Part shown: positions 60,596 to 64,000 of the stretch, piece by piece
Numbering within the stretch: position 1 is the stretch's first letter
Layout of the letters: each line of letters opens with the position of its first letter
Virus record (IMG/VR): IMGVR_UViG_3300033180_000001
Location: 2,124 to 66,123 of that record
Length of the DNA stretch: 64,000 nucleotides
Reading direction: 5' to 3' (one strand)
DNA from: a virus
Lineage: Duplodnaviria > Caudoviricetes
Notes under the pieces: generated by a model
The model's database searches: none
What the model was told of the DNA's origin: nothing
Seen by the model: the letters and a program-made list of their open reading frames with translations, nothing else
Made by a program: the position numbers and the translations under genes

Positions 60596-61049
60596 GCGCT
60601 GCCTTGATGTCCAGCAGGAAGTGGGTAGCCTTCTGGCTGGCCGGGCTGTTGGCGTGCTTGTCTGGATGACAGAGCTGGATCAGGCGGCGCAGCATCTCGG
60701 CGTCGAGGTCGAACTTGCCGGCTGCTGCAACCTTGGGCTTTGGTGGTTCAGGTGGCGGCTTGCGTGCGCGGTCGCGTTCCCACCATGTCTGCGGCTCGGG
60801 TTCGGCTTGTCGGCGGAATGTCCGATTGGCGCGCAGCAGGTCTTCGTAGGTGAAGCCTTTCGATGAGCCTGTGCTGCCCATGCCAGGCGGCATGCCGGTT
60901 GCGTTGATGACGGTGTCCTGTATCGCGTCAATGGTGCACTTCAGGCACTCGTTGTCTTTGAACTCGGCAACCCGCTTGCCACACTTCGGGCATGTGTACT
61001 TGGCCCCGCCCGGGAAGGCGTAGGCGAATGCGTCGGCTGAGTCGGTCAT
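60579..61049 (-). CDS. zinc-ribbon protein with C-terminal mini J-domain (HPD)
   Basis: CPKC...CLKC; LRRLIQLCHPDKH...ATHFLL. Confidence 0.65.
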   Translation of the reverse strand: MTDSADAFAYAFPGGAKYTCPKCGKRVAEFKDNECLKCTIDAIQDTVINATGMPPGMGSTGSSKGFTYEDLLRANRTFRRQAEPEPQTWWERDRARKPPPEPPKPKVAAAGKFDLDAEMLRRLIQLCHPDKHANSPASQKATHFLLDIKAALDKAK

Positions 61050-61213
61050 GGTGTGATCGCCGCAATGCGCAGGCGCAGTTTTCCCTCGCCCAGCTCGATG
61101 ACCTGACCGACGTAGAAGCGGAAGAAGTCCAGCTCGGCGAGCCGGCCGGTGATTTCGATGATGACGGGCGCCCAGTTGCCTTTCCCCGGCGGTCTGCAGG
61201 TCAGCATCATCAT
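61046..61213 (-). CDS. small beta protein, paralog A
   Basis: LTCRPPGKGNW...GQVIELG...RI.AITP. Confidence 0.6.
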   Translation of the reverse strand: MMMLTCRPPGKGNWAPVIIEITGRLAELDFFRFYVGQVIELGEGKLRLRIAAITP

Positions 61214-61521
61214 GGCGCTCCGATTCCGAAGCACGTAACGCCAGCTGCGAACATGGCGTGCTGACAAGCCATGCAAGCGTAGGTGTGGCCCTCAAGGTAG
61301 GCGCGCGCTCCGATGGCCTTGGGGCCGGCCATGCGCACCGCAACCTGCTCGGCGTGGCCCTCTTGCTGGCAGATAGTCGTGCACTTGGTGTAGTCCTCGC
61401 CGGGCAGGCGAGGGCACACGGCTTGCGGATTGGCGCAGCGATTCGTGCCTACGATGCGCTCACCATCCGGAGTCACCAGGGTGCAGCGCACCGTGGTCTT
61501 GGCGCAGGGGCCGTAGGTCAT
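61210..61521 (-). CDS. minimal dCMP/cytidine deaminase-like protein
   Basis: CAK..V...G.N.C...CPR...C..IC...HAEQ.A...ACMAC. Confidence 0.8.
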   Translation of the reverse strand: MTYGPCAKTTVRCTLVTPDGERIVGTNRCANPQAVCPRLPGEDYTKCTTICQQEGHAEQVAVRMAGPKAIGARAYLEGHTYACMACQHAMFAAGVTCFGIGAP

Positions 61522-62108
61522 GATGGCACCTTGCAACGACGGGCGAGCTCGACCAGCCATTCGGCCAGCAGTGGGGGGGTGTGCTCGCGCTCGGCTTTTG
61601 ACACCTCGGGGCGGTTTCCTTTCCCTGCACGCCCTACGTCACCGATGACGTGCGTTGGCTCATCAAGGCGCAGAGGGATGTCCGGGATGTAGAGTGGCTC
61701 GACGCCGACGATGTAGAGCTTCGTCCGCTTCTCGGCGCGGTGTCCAAAGGCGTGCTGGTGGATGCCCAGCGTCCAACCCCCGAACTCGTCGCGCTCAAGC
61801 GGATACCCCGGCTCAGGCAAGCCAAGGACTGCCCATAGCTTTGATCCGGCCGGATGTTCGAGAACACCGCCGAAGGCGCGCACTTGCTCAACGGCCCAAG
61901 GCGCCAGCGCTTTCTCGTCCTCGCGCGGCTTTGCAAACATGGCGAACTGGCCCCAAGCCCGGCAAGGTGGATGCGCCACCACTGGCGCGCCGCCCGGCCA
62001 CTTCCGCGCGTCGCGCTCGATGTCCCACACATCGCAGCCCGGCAAGGTCTTGTAGATGCTGTCAGATCGAGCAAAGAGCACGGCGACAGTCGAATTGGAG
62101 GGGGTCAT
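61518..62108 (-). CDS. compact C5 cytosine methyltransferase-like protein
   Basis: AHPPC (motif IV), VLEHP (motif VI variant), Q..FGH...KRT.L (motif VIII); canonical FxGxG absent. Confidence 0.65.
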   Translation of the reverse strand: MTPSNSTVAVLFARSDSIYKTLPGCDVWDIERDARKWPGGAPVVAHPPCRAWGQFAMFAKPREDEKALAPWAVEQVRAFGGVLEHPAGSKLWAVLGLPEPGYPLERDEFGGWTLGIHQHAFGHRAEKRTKLYIVGVEPLYIPDIPLRLDEPTHVIGDVGRAGKGNRPEVSKAEREHTPPLLAEWLVELARRCKVPS

Positions 62109-62257
62109 GGTTGCACGGAGCAAATTCGGTAGGTGATGCCGCCAAGGACGAACTTCTGTCCAGGGCGGATCAGGATGGGGCTGGCGCGCTTGCCGTCGAT
62201 GAGCAGGGTCAGGATCGACCAGCGCCCTCGGCCGGCGGGCTTACAGACAAGCGTCAT
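62105..62257 (-). CDS. small beta protein, paralog B
   Basis: LVCKPAGRGRW...GQKFVLG...RICSVQP. Confidence 0.6.
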   Translation of the reverse strand: MTLVCKPAGRGRWSILTLLIDGKRASPILIRPGQKFVLGGITYRICSVQP

Positions 62258-62259
62258 GG

Positions 62260-62445
62260 TCAGCCGCGCGCGGTCACGCTGGTCCAGATTTCGTCGAGTC
62301 GATCGGCTTGCTTCTGCGACAGGTTGCGCCCGGCCTCCAGTTGCTGCTTGAGCGAATCGATGAAGCCACGCTCCCAATCGCTCAGGCGCTCCTCGCGGGT
62401 CTCGCAGTCCTCGATGAGCTGCGCTTGTTCGGTGCGGTCGGTCAT
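62260..62445 (-). CDS. conserved phage hypothetical protein
   Basis: LSDWERGFIDSL.......LSQKQ...L.EIW. Confidence 0.65.
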   Translation of the reverse strand: MTDRTEQAQLIEDCETREERLSDWERGFIDSLKQQLEAGRNLSQKQADRLDEIWTSVTARG

Positions 62446-62789
62446 CGGGACCCCCACACAGCATGTTCACACACGCCGAGAATGACAGTGGCATCTGCAT
62501 CCACAAACCATTCGCGAGTACCAGGAAGACAAGCGAACAGCTCCGCGCATCGCTTGATCGCAACAGCCTCGATTTTGTTTGGCACCTTACCGGTGAATGG
62601 CCCAAACGCAGACCAACGAAGCATCTGCACGCCATATTCTCTTGGGCCAAATGAGAACAACCCTTGCAGCCTGCTACGCAAGTTCTCTGAACGGCCAATC
62701 TTGACAAGACTTCCCTCAAATTCGGCGACATAGACCCGCGATTCAAGCCCGTATGGAAGCGCTTTGATGCTCTCGCGAACTTGGCTCAT
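62442..62789 (-). CDS. T5orf172/GIY-YIG-like protein
   Basis: VYVAE....VKIGRS.N..SRL...REWF. Confidence 0.65.
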   Translation of the reverse strand: MSQVRESIKALPYGLESRVYVAEFEGSLVKIGRSENLRSRLQGLFSFGPREYGVQMLRWSAFGPFTGKVPNKIEAVAIKRCAELFACLPGTREWFVDADATVILGVCEHAVWGSR

Positions 62790-62977
62790 CGCTGCACCAG
62801 CTTGAAGTGCTCGGCCAGACGCTGCACCTTGCTGAAAGGCGGATCGATGGTGCCCTCTCGAATGCGCAGGGCTGTGTCATAGCTCATTGCGACCTCGGTG
62901 GCCAGCGTCCGAAGCGAAGCGCCTTTGACGGTGGACATCTTGGCGCGAACTTTTTCGAGGAGGGTGGGCTTGTTCAT
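62786..62977 (-). CDS. Cro/XRE-like HTH regulator, leaderless
   Basis: LRTLATEVAMSYDT..RI..G..DPPFSKVQRLAEHF. Confidence 0.75.
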   Translation of the reverse strand: MNKPTLLEKVRAKMSTVKGASLRTLATEVAMSYDTALRIREGTIDPPFSKVQRLAEHFKLVQR

Positions 62978-62984
62978 GGTCGGC

Positions 62985-63014
62985 ATTCTGCGCGGTGTTG
63001 CTGAACTGCGTCAA
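62985..63014 (-). promoter_or_regulatory. leftward sigma-70 promoter
   Basis: TTGACG-18-CAGAAT ending 7 nt before ATG 62977. Confidence 0.65.
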
Positions 63015-63046
63015 GCAGATGCGCCAAAATAAATAGCTGAAATGCG

Positions 63047-63075
63047 TTGACGACTGCGAGTCGAATCGGCATAGT
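63047..63075 (+). promoter_or_regulatory. rightward sigma-70 early promoter
   Basis: TTGACG-17-CATAGT with A-rich UP tract at 63026-43. Confidence 0.65.
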
Positions 63076-63116
63076 CCATTCCCAACGGCTGGCGATCGAC
63101 TGGCCTGGAGCGAACG

Positions 63117-63398
63117 ATGCAAGACCTTCTCAATGCCATCTTGGCAGACCCTGGCGTCAGCGACGATCTGAAATTCGTGCTGCAAGGCCAAGCGCAGCGA
63201 GATGACACGCCGATGCGGCGCGCGCGGTACGTAGCAAGTCTGCTGCGATTCGATTGGTCCTTCGAACACTCGGACGACCACGCGCACTGGAAGCGGTGCC
63301 GTGACGAGCTGCAGCGCTTGCGCATCGTGCGCGAGGAGGTCGACAAGGACCATGCGCTGTGGCGTCGGCATGCTCCGATCGAATACCGTTTCGATTGA
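63117..63398 (+). CDS. hypothetical early protein
   Basis: GGAG RBS; FDWSFEHSDDH..W. Confidence 0.7.
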   Translation: MQDLLNAILADPGVSDDLKFVLQGQAQRDDTPMRRARYVASLLRFDWSFEHSDDHAHWKRCRDELQRLRIVREEVDKDHALWRRHAPIEYRFD

Positions 63399-63447
63399 AC
63401 AAGGGCAAGCCGCACGCCCATCTGTGCGGCAATCAGAAGGAAGACAG

Positions 63448-63696
63448 ATGAAGCAAATTGTGATCGCCCAACGGGGCTGGGTCTTCGTGGGCGATGTGTC
63501 GCGCAGCGGCGAAGACGTGACGATCAACTCGGCGCAGTGCATTCGGCGCTGGGGAACGACCAAGGGCCTCGGCGAGCTCGCAAAGAGCGGCCCGAACAAC
63601 AAGACCGTCCTTGACGACATGGGCACGGTGCGTCTGCACGCACTCGCGGTCGTCGCCACGCTGGACTGCGAGGAATCGAAGTGGGCCGCGCGCTGA
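63448..63696 (+). CDS. small Sm-like beta protein (DUF6948-like)
   Basis: IVIAQRGWVFVG...IRRWGTTKGLGELA..GP; AAGGA RBS. Confidence 0.75.
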   Translation: MKQIVIAQRGWVFVGDVSRSGEDVTINSAQCIRRWGTTKGLGELAKSGPNNKTVLDDMGTVRLHALAVVATLDCEESKWAAR

Positions 63697-64000
63697 TCGA
63701 TTGCGAAGCAGTCGCCACGTCGCACGGCGACGGCTACGGCTACGGCGACGGCGACGGCGACGGCTACGGCGACGGCTACGGCGACGGCTACGGCTACGGC
63801 GACGGCGACGGCTACGGCTACGGCTACGGCTACGGCTACGGCTACGGCTACGGCTACGGCTACGGCTACGGCGACGGCTACGGCTACGGCTACGGCTACG
63901 GCGACGGCGACGGCGACGGCGACGGCTACGGCTACGGCGACGGCGACGGCGACGGCTACGGCGACGGCGACGGCTACGGCGACGGCGACGGCTACGGCGA
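63681..64000 (+). CDS. Gly-Asp/Gly-Tyr repeat protein, truncated by window end
   Basis: GAGGA RBS, GTG 63681, MGRALIDCEAVATSH then (G[D/Y])n without stop. Confidence 0.6.
   Translation, partial: MGRALIDCEAVATSHGDGYGYGDGDGDGYGDGYGDGYGYGDGDGYGYGYGYGYGYGYGYGYGYGDGYGYGYGYGDGDGDGDGYGYGDGDGDGYGDGDGYGDGDGYG
63726..64000 (+). repeat. hexamer tandem array GGC(G/T)AC, ~46 units
   Basis: only GGCGAC and GGCTAC units occur. Confidence 0.95.

Noticed and set aside
63726-64000. DGR variable region or CRISPR
   Set aside because: No reverse transcriptase or TR/VR pair; variation is G/T within a simple tandem hexamer
1-64000. Integrase, att sites, IS elements, rRNA or canonical tRNA genes
   Set aside because: No recombinase/transposase motifs or canonical RNA genes recognised by eye; a tRNAscan-SE/HMM run is needed to be certain

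Overview
The window is most of the genome of a GC-rich, podovirus-like tailed phage. A Burkholderiales/Betaproteobacteria host is inferred from the PilR-like HTH and RBS style. No host chromosomal genes, integrase or CI repressor are visible. Layout: (1) a + strand early/recombination arm (63117 to the window end, resuming at 1-10152) with a PD-(D/E)xK exonuclease, NinB, KTSC, Lar, ASCH, a LexA-NTD-only protein and DUF5131; (2) a long - strand arm from a Cro-like gene at 62977 through DNA modification and replication (C5-MTase-like, deaminase, initiator, DnaB, RusA, DpdA/TGT-like), accessory genes, packaging/head genes (TerS, TerL, P22-like portal, scaffold, N4-gp56-like capsid), tail and ejection proteins (InPase and ART/peptidase/LPD38 polyvalent proteins), a secreted DUF1996 protein and the lysis genes. 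Best candidate for an undescribed system: a module at 53752-54120 where a stand-alone PilR-type Fis-HTH gene overlaps three 21-bp-phased PilR-like enhancer sites, an IHF-like site and a sigma-54 promoter driving a DUF932 operon. This suggests the phage both senses and jams the host type IV pilus regulator. Also notable: a cluster of three candidate structured ncRNAs upstream of terS (one with an anti-Shine-Dalgarno seed), a tRNA-like RNA before the KTSC gene, an acidic Trp repeat shared by three virion proteins, a decayed attC-like site, and a binary GGC(G/T)AC Gly-Asp/Gly-Tyr repeat gene. All family assignments come from motifs recognised by eye; no searches or folding programs were run.
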